Source: Nymphaea colorata
Lineage: Eukaryota
DNA: 64,000 nucleotides
Assembly: GCF_008831285.2 (NCBI RefSeq)
Contig: NC_045138.2
Coordinates: 4,526,001-4,590,000, forward strand
Direction: 5' to 3'
This document shows, one piece after another, positions 36,207-48,540 of this stretch (position 1 is its first letter; each line of letters starts with the position of its first letter). A model generated the notes under the pieces. The model was not told the DNA's origin, ran no database searches, and worked only from the letters and a program-made list of their open reading frames with translations. Both the position numbers and the translations under genes were made by a program.

Positions 36207-38942
36207 TCAGCACACCTTCAACAACTTGAGAGTAGGCAGATGGTGAGGTAATTGCTGTAGGCTGCCGCAATCTTTTATATCCAACGACTCCAAGTCAGGC
36301 ATGCCATGACCAATTGTGTTGAGCCCATCACAGCTCAAAATCTTCAAGGACTTGAGCACGGGCATGCCCTCTATTTCACACAATGCTGGGCATTCCTTGA
36401 CCTCCAATGTCTCCAACGAAGTAATCCTCGTTACCTTTTTCCATATAGAGCAGCTTTCTAGCTTTAGTGTCCGTAGCATGGTATAGTTTCCCTTCAGATG
36501 CCAAGATGGAATTTCTCCTTTGTAATGATAAATAACCAGGCTCTCAAGGCCATGAGGAGGTTCCAAAGCCTCCAGCATATAAGTACTCGGTTTGGAAGCA
36601 TCAACAGCTTTGGAAGCATTTTGTTCCTCAAAGTCTAATTCCAAACTGTTTATGCCATGTTTCTCTTTAAGTAATTTTGCCTTTCCTGCATGATCAATTG
36701 CTTTTCTAGTCCCCCCCAAACCTTCTATCGACAACTCTCCCTTTAGATTATTCAAGTCTTTTAGTTCCTCAATATTAGATCCGCTTGTCTTCCCTTTGTC
36801 ATCACATACTAGAAACCTATGCAAGGTCCGTAAACTGGTAAGCTTGCCCAAGCCTTCGGCTATAAAATCCAAACTCCATGTACTTTCCAGCCCAAGGTAC
36901 CTCAAGTTGCACAGTTCACTCATTTCCTTGGGCAATTCTTCAATTTTACTACAACTTAAATCCAACGTTTGCAAGTTATAGAGCTTGCCCATTGAACTCG
37001 GCAACCAACTCACGTTAGAATAGCTTAGATCGAGATATTTTAGCAGCAAAAGACATCCAATGGAGTCCGGCAGCATGTCGATCTGACATCTCATCAATGA
37101 CAACACCCTCAACCACTTGAATTTGGTTGAGTGTTCAATATTAACTGAAGGCGAGTCGGAATAGGAACCACTCAACATTATTGTACGCAACTTATTTGTT
37201 GCTGCAGAGGCGTAATGCTTGGTCGCTTCGGCACTGTCTACAGCAAGTAATGACAGATGACGGGTGCGGTCAGTAGCAGAGGCATGGCCATATTCCTTTC
37301 CACCAATATATGAGGCAAGGTCATGCAAAATGTCATGCAACCTGAGACAACTGCCCTTATGATCTCTATACAAAATGCCACGCAACTTGGGACGAGGGCT
37401 GAGAGAATCTCGATATAAATTGCCATGCAACTTGGGACGAGGGGTCTCTTCAATCAAACACCGATTTATCAGATCATCAATGTATTGGTTTGCTGTCACT
37501 TCCACATCTATGTCTTTCTTTTCCTCAATTAATCCATGCGCCATCCATTGCATGATCAATCCCTCCTTTTCGATCTCATAATCTTTTGGAAAAATGCTGC
37601 AATATATGAAACAACTCTTCAAATAAGGTGGTAAGTCATCGTAGCTCAGTAAAAGACCAGGAAGAATGCCACCATATTGAGAAGAAGACGATAACTTCCA
37701 TTCCCAGATCTCACTTTTCGCAACCTCCTCCCACTTCGCTTTGTCCTTGGGTTTTGTTCGCATTAAGGACCCAACAGTTTGGACCACAAGCGGCAACCCA
37801 CCACACTTCTTGACTATTTTTTCTGCAATGTCTAGCAAATGGTGGCTCACCAAATCATTTTTGGTCACAGATGCCTTGTTCAAGAATAAAGTCCAACTCT
37901 CATTTACAGGTAATATTGGCAATCTATGCACATATAAAGCACCAATTCCTTTGCAAACATCTATATTTCGACTAGTGAGCAAAATTTTACTCCCTGTTGC
38001 ACCATTCATGAGGGTGCTCCCTACATCTCCCTCCCACCAATCTAGTTCCCAAACATCATCTAAGACCAGCAAAAACCTTTTCATCGAGAGTACACTCTGT
38101 ATTTGCGTGTACAAGTGATTCAAATTAGTAATACCCTCAAAACCTGCTTTGGATCCCTTGCACACTTCCTTCATTATTTTCTGCAATAAATCCTTACGTT
38201 TTGGCCTCTCCGAAACACAAACCCACCACCTACGTTCCCCAAACTGTTGTTCAACTTCATTGAATACCACTTTTGCAAGAGTACTTTTGCCGATCCCTCC
38301 TTCTCCTACAATGGAGATAATAGAAACATTATGCTTCTCTGTCATACTACTCGGTGTAGAGTCATTGGACAAGAGCTTTTCTACTATCACTGTTTTATCA
38401 TGGTCCCTGCCTATGGGCTGTTGTGCACCCATGTGATGGTTTGTCTCTCGAAGATCATCATCCTCCCCACCAGTACGACCCTCACCACTCTCTTTTGGTG
38501 TTTTTTCCACCTTTTCCCTCTTTCTTTCAATTTTATCAAGCCTTTGGTTGATATTTTTTATTCCATTTCCAAGTTGGTAGGAAGCAGACATAGGTTCCTT
38601 AAAGCCAGGGAATAGAGTGATCCAGGGTTTTCTTACCTTGTTCCTTGAAGTTATAGAATTTCTGAGCTCGATTATGGTTTGGTATTCTTCCATGATGTCC
38701 GGGGCATCATAAAGAACGTCCTTCATCTCTCCCTCCAGATCTCTGTCACGCTCGTTGCTGAAAAAGGGCTTGCGATCTGCATCTTTGAGGGCATTCTGCA
38801 ACCGGTCCACCTTCCCATGGAGATTCTTGAGATCTTTTTTGGCATGCAAGACGAGGTCCACTATCTCTTTCAACAGACCGGCTACATTCCTCAACAGTAC
38901 AGAAATAACTATTTCTCCAAGTGCTTCGATTACTAATGACAT
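36207..38942 (-). CDS. CC-NB-ARC-LRR protein, ~911 aa, truncated in the LRR tail by a premature TGA (NLR2; possible pseudogene)
   Basis: Motifs: CC DAPDIMEEY, P-loop GEGGIGKST, WWVCVS, LLVLDDVW, GSKILLTSR, GGLPL, CFIYCSIFP, LHD, then LRRs. The start MSLVIEAL at 38942 aligns with the NLR3 start. LRR-coding sequence continues in frame past the TGA at 36209-36207. Confidence 0.9.
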   Translation of the reverse strand: MSLVIEALGEIVISVLLRNVAGLLKEIVDLVLHAKKDLKNLHGKVDRLQNALKDADRKPFFSNERDRDLEGEMKDVLYDAPDIMEEYQTIIELRNSITSRNKVRKPWITLFPGFKEPMSASYQLGNGIKNINQRLDKIERKREKVEKTPKESGEGRTGGEDDDLRETNHHMGAQQPIGRDHDKTVIVEKLLSNDSTPSSMTEKHNVSIISIVGEGGIGKSTLAKVVFNEVEQQFGERRWWVCVSERPKRKDLLQKIMKEVCKGSKAGFEGITNLNHLYTQIQSVLSMKRFLLVLDDVWELDWWEGDVGSTLMNGATGSKILLTSRNIDVCKGIGALYVHRLPILPVNESWTLFLNKASVTKNDLVSHHLLDIAEKIVKKCGGLPLVVQTVGSLMRTKPKDKAKWEEVAKSEIWEWKLSSSSQYGGILPGLLLSYDDLPPYLKSCFIYCSIFPKDYEIEKEGLIMQWMAHGLIEEKKDIDVEVTANQYIDDLINRCLIEETPRPKLHGNLYRDSLSPRPKLRGILYRDHKGSCLRLHDILHDLASYIGGKEYGHASATDRTRHLSLLAVDSAEATKHYASAATNKLRTIMLSGSYSDSPSVNIEHSTKFKWLRVLSLMRCQIDMLPDSIGCLLLLKYLDLSYSNVSWLPSSMGKLYNLQTLDLSCSKIEELPKEMSELCNLRYLGLESTWSLDFIAEGLGKLTSLRTLHRFLVCDDKGKTSGSNIEELKDLNNLKGELSIEGLGGTRKAIDHAGKAKLLKEKHGINSLELDFEEQNASKAVDASKPSTYMLEALEPPHGLESLVIYHYKGEIPSWHLKGNYTMLRTLKLESCSIWKKVTRITSLETLEVKECPALCEIEGMPVLKSLKILSCDGLNTIGHGMPDLESLDIKDCGSLQQLPHHLPTLKLLKVC

Positions 38943-39575
38943 CTTCTCTGGTTTCTTGATAGACGGAAGAACAAGCGAAAGAGGAGCAATGTTCAAGCAA
39001 ATGAAAAGAAATGCAAAGAACTGAAGATAAAGACTAGGCTGCCGACAGTTTCCCTTGACTAGTAGACTCCCACCTCACATTGGTCATCCCCTCATAAAAA
39101 TCAAGTTGAGCGAGTGGGTCTGTTAAATAAAACTCCACCACCACATTATTGTCTTGCCAGTGGTAGAGGAGATAATTAACTCACTCCATTTAATTTAGAC
39201 AACATGGTAGAAAATGGTTTTAATGTGAAAAAGACATCCAGCCATCTTCACACACCCTTATGGGGCCAAGTAATTAGGCCTTCAATTCAATCAGTTATTT
39301 TCCACTGGCCTTATTCCATTCACCTTACCATCAGGTTCATTATCAGCATGCAATGGCATGTCATAATCTCAGCGTAAAAGATCAAGAGATTTTAATCTCT
39401 CGACAAAAGATCACGAGATTTTCAAACGAGGGCCGAAATTCTGGATCTCAAATTTAGGACTCAATTTTCAACTCCCCTTCAATCTCCAATAATGGAAGCC
39501 ACGATTCCAGCACTCACCTATCTTACTATTTTCTGTCCTTGCGTGGCTGAAGGGTTCACCGTGGACAGGTTGGTT

Positions 39576-39761
39576 AAGGGTGGGCACCAAGGCTGACCCG
39601 GGTCGGACCGGCCCGGCCTGCTTCAGCCGGGTAATATTTAAAAAATATTTTTTTTTATCAATTTTAGTTTAATAATATGTATTTTATGATTAAAAAGTTA
39701 TTTTATAATTAAAAAATATTATTTTTTTATTATCAAATGGGCCAGCCCGATGCCCACCCGT
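39576..39761. mobile_element. Short hAT-type MITE (AAGGGTGGGCA TIR) upstream of NLR2
   Basis: TIR AAGGGTGGGCA / TGCCCACCCGT with 8-bp direct repeat GGTTGGTT (39568-39575, 39762-39769); GC-rich ggcccg subtermini and an AT-rich core. Confidence 0.8.
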
Positions 39762-40330
39762 GGTTGGTTAGGAGTCAGAGGCACAACACCGCTTGGGAGA
39801 GGAGCAGAGCTGCAGAGGCTTTACATGCACTTAGATTGTTTGTCCCTTTTACAATATGGATTTGTGGCATGTAAAAATTACCTCATTTTTTTTACCTGTT
39901 TGGAAGTAGGTAAAGGAATTGATGGAGAGTGAAGGAAATGAATGGGGGAGAGAAAGGAAAGGGAAGGAAAGAAAATTTATTAATCTAAAAACTTGTTTGG
40001 GTAGTAAGGTAAGGAAAAGAAAAATGAATTATTAAAGAACAGTTTTATATGTACCTTAATTTAACTTTATTAATTTTATTATTTTAATTAACCTTGAATG
40101 TTTATCACCTCAACTCTCTAGACAATCTCAATAAATATAGTCACTACATAAAATATTTTAACATGTAAAATATTTATTTTTTAATATTTAATTGTGAGAG
40201 TTCCAAAAAAAAAACTGTTGAGTGTTAGCTTTTGAGCTTTAGTTGTGAAAACAAAAAGTAAAAAAAACAAAGAAACAAGAAAAGTGAAGGGAAAAAAAAT
40301 AGGACATGTAGAGAGGGTGAGAGAACTGTA

Positions 40331-40447
<117 letters not shown>

Positions 40448-41008
40448 CTTATATTGAGAATGAGGCTTTTATTTCCTTCCGAGTCTCTTCATTTTTTGGA
40501 GGAATTGAAAAATGCATTTGTTTTTCCTTTCCCTCCACATGTCAACATGATATTACTTTTCACTTTTTTTTTTTTTTCCTTTCTATCCAAACACAAGAAA
40601 GTCTATCCATTCCATGCCGTTCCCTCCCTTTCCATCCAACCAAGCAGCATGTTAGTTCCCCCAAGATGAGATATCACTGAGTTTTGATGAGTTTCTTCTT
40701 CTGTTTTCTGTGATTCTAGTTTGCTTGAGCTTGAGATATGGGTATTACGGATCTTCCGAATTGATGCTTGGCCCCAACTCATCAAGGCAGATGAAGGCGA
40801 ACTCATGCTTTTTGGGTTCACTGAGAAACCAGAACTGAGTTATGAAGCTAATTGGACAGTTTCCAAACCTCTCCTCATTCTGGCCTACAATCGTCAGTTA
40901 TTTCAATATTGGGCGGACTTCATAGTCAAATTTGGGCACAGTTCTATTGCAAAAGTATATATTGAAACCAACAGTAAATCCAATCTTTTCAATAATGTTA
41001 AGATTGAC

Positions 41009-41047
<39 letters not shown>

Positions 41048-41117
41048 TAAAGCATAACATACCAAAAACACTTGGCAAACGATACGTGAATCATGCCAAC
41101 AATTACTTATGGCTAAG

Positions 41118-41282
41118 TGCAACGTTCGAAACAATTTTTTTTTTTAGAGTAATTTAATAGATATTATCTTAAGAGTAGTTTAATAGATAACAGTTGCAAT
41201 CAGAATAAGTTTGAAACCATTCAACCTTAGCCCTAATGGCATTAAGATTGTTTGTGAGATAGAATGCGAGAGGTGGGACTTT

Positions 41283-41321
<39 letters not shown>

Positions 41322-41520
41322 ATATATGGATGCAATGTTCAAAACATCTTTTTTTCTTCAACAATGTAGCCTTTAAGATATTGTCTTAAGAGTAATTAAA
41401 CAAATAACAGTTGCAATCAGAATAAGTTTGAAACCATTAAACCCTACCCCAAATGGCATTAAGATTGTTTGTGAGATAGAATGCGAGAGGTGGGATTAAA
41501 AAGAGAGAGAGGGAGAGAGA
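41118..41520. repeat. Imperfect tandem duplication, ~200 bp x 2, each ending in (GA)n
   Basis: ataacagttgcaatcagaataagtttgaaaccatt...aatggcattaagattgtttgtgagatagaatgcgagaggtggga occurs at ~41187-41279 and ~41404-41496. Confidence 0.9.
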
Positions 41521-41571
41521 GCCGATAAAATGGGAATTTATACCAAAATTTGGGGACAAGAAGTCTCCCAT

Positions 41572-44500
41572 TTACAATAACAAACGCAAAACATAAGCAA
41601 AAAGACGAAATATACAATACAATATACAGTAAAATAAAATAAGATGGGTGGAGAGAGAGTAGGGAGACAGAGCGACACAATCACCCAGCCGCAGGTGAAA
41701 TACGACGTCATAGCCGCATGGCAAAATGTACATCTTCCTGCACAAGACGAGCCACAGACTTCGACGAAGAGAAGGTACCCCTGATGACCCTATTGTTGTG
41801 CACTTCCCAAATTGGCCACCAAGCTGAAATGAGCCACAACCTCCAGACTCAACCCCAAGAAACCGCCAGGTGGGGAGAAGGACAGAAGAGGAAAAAAAGA
41901 TGAATGGAGGGTGGATCTGGAAGGCTACCAACAAAGGAAGGCCAGGAAGAGGCAAGAACACTAAAGAAAAAAGAACAATAGTAAAAAGGTGGACCTGAAA
42001 CTCAGCCGCGGCGAGACAGAGGGGACACTGATTAGTTAAACTGATGTCAAGGCGCTGTAAGTGGTCAAAAGTGTTGATGTGACCAGCAAGAAAAAGCCAA
42101 ACAAAAGCAGTGGCACGAGGAGAAGAGCCAGGGGACCAAAGGGAACATGGTAGGAGTGATGCCACAGAAGAACCAAAGGAGGCTAGATAACAAGAAGAAA
42201 AAGTGAATTCACGGGAATGTGAAAGAGGCCAGGATGGGGATGCGAATGATGGGAGGTCAAGAAGGCAGAGGAAAAGAGGAAGAGCTGAAAGCAAGTCACA
42301 TCAAAAGTGAGAGAGAGAGGTGTGAGAGATGGAAATACTTCAATCACTAGGGAAAGACAAGTCAAATTTGGAGCTAATGAACAAGGTGATGGGAGAGTAC
42401 TCAGTTGCCATACGCCACAACCAAGAACACAGAGAAGACTCACAAGCCCGACTAAAGTTAGTAATCATAGCACCCCCAAGAAGACGTGGAAGGGCAACCA
42501 CATCTCAATGCACAAGGCGATCCGAAGGCCGATCACCATCCCAGATATATTTACAGATGATCTTGTCAAACCTTTTCAGAACAGCTACAGAAGGTCGACA
42601 GACAGCCAGAGTATGGAGGGAGATAGATGCAAAACAATGCTTAGCAAGAGTAATACAACCCAGAAGAGAAAACAGTTTTTTCTGCCAACACTGGAAGCGA
42701 TCAACAAGCTTCTGCTCCATTCAATTTCAAAAGGAATGTGCATGAGGCGACAATGTAATATGAAGACCCAAGTAGTCTATAGGCAGAATAGTAGCCTTGC
42801 ACCCGAAGCAGGCTTCAGCAAGAAGCACTGTGGTGGGATCTGCGTGAATGAAAGAAAGGTGACAATTAAAAGAATTAATAGAAAGACCCGAGATGAGCTC
42901 AAAAACCCGAATGATAAGCCAAGTTCTCACAATCTATTGACAGAAAACAGTGCCAAACAGGAGAAAAGCATCAGCATACTGAATGAAGGAGAGGGCTTGT
43001 AAGTGGGGGAGTGAGTGTGGAGTGAGAAAGCCTACGACCACAACGTGACAGAATAAAGCTAAAAAGCACCCAACAACTAAGTTGACGAGCAACGACGATA
43101 ACAGACAACCCTGACGGAGGCCATGACTTAGACACAAGAAATCGCCACACAACCCATTGAAGGAGACCGCTAGCTAGACCCCAGTGACAGGCGAAAGGAT
43201 CCACTGTCTAAATGACAGACCAAAAGCAAGGCGTGTGAGGAGGTAGAAAGAAACTCCCAACTATCCGAATCAAAAGCCTTAGAACACTGGTGCGAGGAGG
43301 GGCAAGCAAGGTACTTCGGGGGAGTACGGCAGAGTAGGGAAGACTCTATGGGGAAGGCGAGGCTGGCTCCAGCAGAGAGGGAACCAAGGGTAGGAGCTGC
43401 GACGGAGGGAGCTCGACAAGCGAAGAACACTGGTGCGACAAACCACCTAGGCTGAAGATCCGCAGGACCTCTACCGAGAAAGACAGACCCCGTGTGCCAG
43501 GAAAAGCAAGCCCAAGCCAAGAAAGTCTGAAAGAGCCAAAGAAAATAGTGCTAGCATCCGAAGAAGGCGAACGCTGAGCAGCTGGCAGAGGAACCCAGAC
43601 CCAAAAGGAGGAAGCAACCAGAGTAAAGCCATGCCGCCGACCAAAAAGTCACAGATCATTTTGATAAGCAGAAAAACAGCAGCGAGAACACATGCCAGCC
43701 CGACGGCCGTTTAAGGTAGCACACCTTTGACACCACCACTGGCCCCATCTGACGCAGATAGACGTGACAGACCGAAAAAGGTAACGAATCCTGGAAGCAC
43801 GATGGGAAGAGGGGACGCACCAAGGTGAGGGGGCTGGCCTACCAACAGAGGCCACTTTTGGGAGCCTAGGCCAAAAAGAACAATCACCTATCTGTGAAAG
43901 AAGAAACCAACAGTGCGCAGATGGGAGGAATACCAGGAGAAGATCACGAGCGTTTTGCAGCTGAAATGAGCTGGTGAAGACACAATTGAAGATGGTAGAC
44001 TGCCAATTGAAAGACAATGCCAAAGCTTGATGGACCCCCTCAGGTGAGCAAAGGAAACTGACCGCAACACGACAAAGCAACTGATTAAGAGGGAGAGGGT
44101 TACCCAGCTTGATACCACAAAGACTTATACCACCAACCCAAACCCCCTTTGGCGGTCGCAAAGGCGGAGGAGGGGGGAGGGTGGCCATGACACGCACCTT
44201 GTGCAAGAGCAAAGTGGCCGGTCCAAAGCAACGAAGCCAATCACACGTGTGTGCCCACCCACTGCCAAGACAATTGCATCCAAACCCGCTCAAAGCCTCA
44301 TCTGAGCACGGCCCCGCAGGCTTGTGACACACAACTTAGCGCAACTTGAGAGCATGGCACTGAACTAGGACCGGTCAGCTAAGAAAACACTCCAAAAGAC
44401 ATCACAATTTGTAAGAGACATTTTATCTAACAGTTGATGCACAACTTCAAAGTGAAGGGGAATGGGCTGAAGGGGAATGGGCTAAAGGGGGGAGAGAGAG

Positions 44501-44670
44501 AGGACATTTGGAGTCGGAAGAAAGAGACAGCAAGAGAGTGAGGAACAGCCAACAGGAACAGGGTTGCTGTTCATAGTTAATGGGCAACCACCCATGAGGA
44601 CCTGTTAGAGAGAGTTCATCTTGAATATCGAAAACGATCTCAAGGTGTTTCAAATGAAGCTGGAACGCCG
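41572..44670 (-). mobile_element. Degenerate L1-type LINE retrotransposon
   Basis: The minus strand carries, in the expected order: an ORF1 trace (LHL...INYEQQPCSC, ~44560-44670); endonuclease GGMALLW; RT pieces SKAFDSDSWEFL, HGLRQGCLLSSLLVNLV, FIQYADAFLLF, PIDYLGL and WQKKLFSLLGCITLAK; zf-RVT-like FVWL..GHINTFDHLQR..CPLC..E..HLF. Many frameshifts. Confidence 0.85.
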
Positions 44671-45366
44671 AACTGCATATGTTTATCAAACATGACTTGC
44701 AAACTTTTCTAACTAAAAAAAAAAACTTTAACGTTATTGTAATTTTAAATATAATATAAGTTTATGCACTGCTGCTGTCACTCTCTCTTTATATATAAGA
44801 CAAAAAATAGGCCTATTAAAATTAATTATTGAAATATTAATAATTAAATATTAAAATTGGCTTGATACTGCACCTGTTATCTAATCTCATTATCCTTTGT
44901 TGTGATAACCTACTGTCAATCAACATGCTTATTCAAGTTTTGCTCTTTAACAATGACAGACTAATAGTCCCAACCTGGTGGCTCAAATAGCGTGTGTTGA
45001 CCAAACACGGGCCTTGTGGACCTTCAAAGTAAGGCAGGTCAAGAGTTCATTACTCAAGGACCTTAGCCTGATAGATTGGAATTTGGAAATTAAGGGGACA
45101 TGGAAGATTAGGGTTGGGGGATTTCTTTCAGAACCATTTAACAGTAATTATGGATCTTGCCAGCCACCAGGGCACATGGGCTCATCACAGTCCTAATTAA
45201 GTGGTAGGCAGCTAAACTTCTGATGCCCACTCATGAGATTTTTTTTTTTTTTTTTAAATTAGCAACTAGGAATTGAATAAATATAATTTCATCGCTCAAG
45301 TACTACACACTAAGAATGTCCTTTCAAAATATGATTATCAATCATGCGAGTCACCCGAAGGAACAG

Positions 45367-45476
<110 letters not shown>

Positions 45477-46181
45477 TTGGGTCCAGATTTGAAAAAAAAA
45501 AATCCAACCTCTCGCAATTACATTGCGGGCTGCATTGCATTGGGCTGTATATTTAATATCATCTGCTTGATGCAAAACCATGATATGACAAAGGGCAAGA
45601 TGGCCAGAAGATTTCACCTCTTCATATTTCTAAAATTATTGGTATTTGATTTTTTTAACTTTTTAAAGCAAGAAAAATAATTAATGCTGAGACAACATTA
45701 AAAATTTAAAACAAATAATTTCTTAAAAAATGAATTATTTTCTGCAAGAAAATAGAAGGGGCCACTATCAATTTGATCTTGATTCCTCTATTGGGATTTT
45801 AAGAGGAAAAGAAAATACGAGGCATGTAAAGATGGTAGGCTGAACCACACGCAAGTGGGCAAAGGTATGACCAAAATGAAGAGAAAAAATTTGACTTTGT
45901 CTTCATTTTAGTACCATTCATATTCTATTAGCTTATATACCACTGCATGAGTGCACTTAGCCTATAATGTTTATATTTCCGATGGAAGACCTGTTTTTTT
46001 TTTTTTTTTTTTGGGGGGGGGGGGGTGTTATTGTTGGATTTTGCTTCTTGCATCACTTGGACATGGTTATTGGATTTAATATGTGCTTTTGCAACCGTTT
46101 CCAAAAATAATTAAGAAGGCCAGCGAATTTTTTGTAGCTAATGTATGGCCATACTCAATATGGAAATACATTTGGTTTCAA

Positions 46182-46858
46182 TAAGGGTGGGCATCGGGCC
46201 GGGCTGCTCAGCCTGGCCCGATAGCCTGGGTCTCCGCCCAGGCCCGGCCCGCCGTCCCGAACCCTTTCCCCCTCCACGACCCCCTTTCCCCTCCACGACC
46301 CCCTTTCCCCTTGCCCTCCGGACCCCCTTTCCCCCCCGCCCTCTCATTGGGTCCCTACCGACGGCCCACAACGACTGCAGGCACAGCAACAACGATGGAG
46401 GAGGAGGGAGACGGGGGAGGAGGGGGAGCGGCAAGGGAGATGGAGGAGGAGGGAGAGGGAGAGGGGGAGCGGAGCAGAGAGGGAGAGGGAGAGGGAGAGG
46501 GGGAGAGGCAGAGGGGGAGCGGGATCTGAGAGGGAGAGGGGGAGCGGGAGCAGAGAGGGAGAGGGAGAGGGAGAGGGGGAGCAGGAGCAGAGAGGGAGAG
46601 GGAGAGGGAGAGGGAGAGGGAGAGGGGGAGCGGGAGCAGAGAGGGAGAGGGAGAGGGAGAGGGGGACGGAGCAGAGAGGAGAGAGGGAGCGGGAGAGGGA
46701 GAGGGGGAGAGGAAGAGGGAGAGGGGGAGCGGAGAGGGAGACCCGGAGACGGAGGAGGAGGGGCGGGAGTCAGGCCGGCCCGGGCCAGGTTTTTCCCGGC
46801 CTGGACCTGGGTCCGACCGGGCCGGCTCAGTGGCGGCCCGGCCCGACGCCCAAGCTTA
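46182..46858. mobile_element. hAT-type non-autonomous element with a GC-rich polypurine core, ~570 bp upstream of NLR3
   Basis: 23-bp TIR TAAGGGTGGGCATCGGGCCGGGC / GCCCGGCCCGACGCCCAAGCTTA (3 mismatches) with a perfect 8-bp TSD GGTTTCAA (46174-46181, 46859-46866). The interior has CCCCTTTCCCCCTCCACGA repeats and (GAGAGG)n arrays. Confidence 0.92.
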
Positions 46859-47429
46859 GGTTTCAAGATTGTATATATCACATTATTTTTACATGATAAA
46901 ATCAGAGAAGCAAAAGATTAACAAATTTTATGAAGCTGAAATGGGGAAGTCTAAGAGATGTAGAAGGCTTGGGTTGGGGATCTTTCCACCAGATTTATTT
47001 AGCAACAAGTAAATTAACAAATTTAATTTCTTCTTTAGCGCATCTAGATAAAAAAATGCGTGCTTGAGTATATTTATCATGAGCTCCAGTATTATAAACA
47101 TGTTTCACCAGACTAAAGATAAAAACAGGTAACTGTACTGATGTGAGAAAGAGTCATATGGAATTGTTCTTAGAGTGTGGAACCCAAGGGTCTGGATGTC
47201 TTTTCACATTAAAACCACTTGCTGTCATGTTTTGTAAATTGAAGGGAGGGGGAGAGCTGTTGCATTTACTCTCTCTCACTGACAAGACAATCATGTGGTG
47301 GTGGAGCAAATTAAACGGACCCACTCGCTTTGTATCTATCTTTACTTCTTTGCCTTTCTTTCTCTCCACTTGAAAATTGCTCCTCTTCCTCTTCCTCTTC
47401 CTCTTCCACCTACTGAGAAACCAGGGAAG

Positions 47430-48303
47430 ATGGCAATAGTAATCGATGCACTTTCAGAAGCAGCCATTTCTAATCTGTTCCAGTCTGTAACGAGTTTGTT
47501 GAAAGACAAGGTGGACCTCATCCGGAATGCCAAAGTCGAACTCGAGAAGATCCAGGAGAAGCTGGAACGCTTGCAGAAGACCATCAAAGTCATAGAGCGA
47601 AAGCCATTTTTCAGCAACGAGCGCAACAGGGATCTAGAGGGAGAGCTGAAGGGCGTTGTTTATGATGCACAGGATATCATTGAAGAATACCAAACCAGAA
47701 TTGCACTTTGCAAAAGGGACAAGCATCCTATAACTTCATGGAACAAGGTAAGCAAGCCCTGGACCACTATGTGTTCTTGCTTCAAGGAACATGTATCTGC
47801 TTCCTACAAACTTGCAAATGATATTAAAAATATCAACCAAAAGCTTGATAAAATAGAACAACGTAAGGAAATGATGGATTTGCTCAAGACAACACCAAAA
47901 GTTAAGTGAGGATCCTATTGGTGGTGAACATGACAATCCTCGAGAGACAACCCATCTCATAAGTACTGCACAACCACCCATGGGAAGGGCAGATGGTAAA
48001 GAGAAAGTAAAAGAACTCTTGTTTGATGGCTTTACAGAGAGTAGTGTGCCACGAAAAGATGATGTTTCTATTGTATCCATTGTAGGTCAAGGCGGGACTG
48101 GGAAAACAACTCTTGCAAAAATGGTTTTTAATGAAGTTAAAGAACAGTTTGGGAATGCTGGTGGTGGGTTTGTGTTTCGGAGAAGCCAAATCGTATGGGT
48201 TTGCTGAAAAAGATATTAAAGGAAGTCTGCAGGGAATCAGAAGAACTTAAGGGTATCACTTCCTTGAGTGGTTTGTCAAAGAGCAAGTTCTTATTGGTCT
48301 TAG
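47430..48303 (+). pseudogene. Truncated CC-NB pseudogene (NLR3), paralog of NLR2, divergently oriented
   Basis: MAIVIDALSEAAIS...KPFFSNERNRDLEGELKGVVYDAQDIIEEYQT is close to NLR2. There is a frameshift at ~47900, P-loop GQGGTGKTT at 48085, a frameshift at ~48155 and an ~8-codon deletion at ~48275. Homology ends abruptly in kinase-2 (FLLVL) at 48303. Confidence 0.92.
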
Positions 48304-48501
48304 CCTTTTAGCTATTTGCTTCATGTTAGCTTTCTCGATTTCATGCACAGAAGGCTGCAGTTAAAACAAGTGATGCAAGAAGCAAAATCCAACAACAGCC
48401 CACAAAAAAAAAAAAATTGTTCTTCCATCAAACTCTCATTTTCACACAGTGGTGAAAGGTACAGTTCATTAAGTACCACAGTAGCAATGGCTCCTCTCTC
48501 C

Positions 48502-48540
<39 letters not shown>

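Noticed and set aside
42307..43002. 231-aa plus-strand ORF
   Set aside because: It is antisense to degenerate LINE RT sequence and has no independent protein features.
46138..46921. 247-aa and 258-aa Pro/Ser-rich and Gly/Arg/Glu-rich ORFs on both strands
   Set aside because: They are stop-free only because of the low-complexity GA/GC core of a TIR- and TSD-bounded hAT element.
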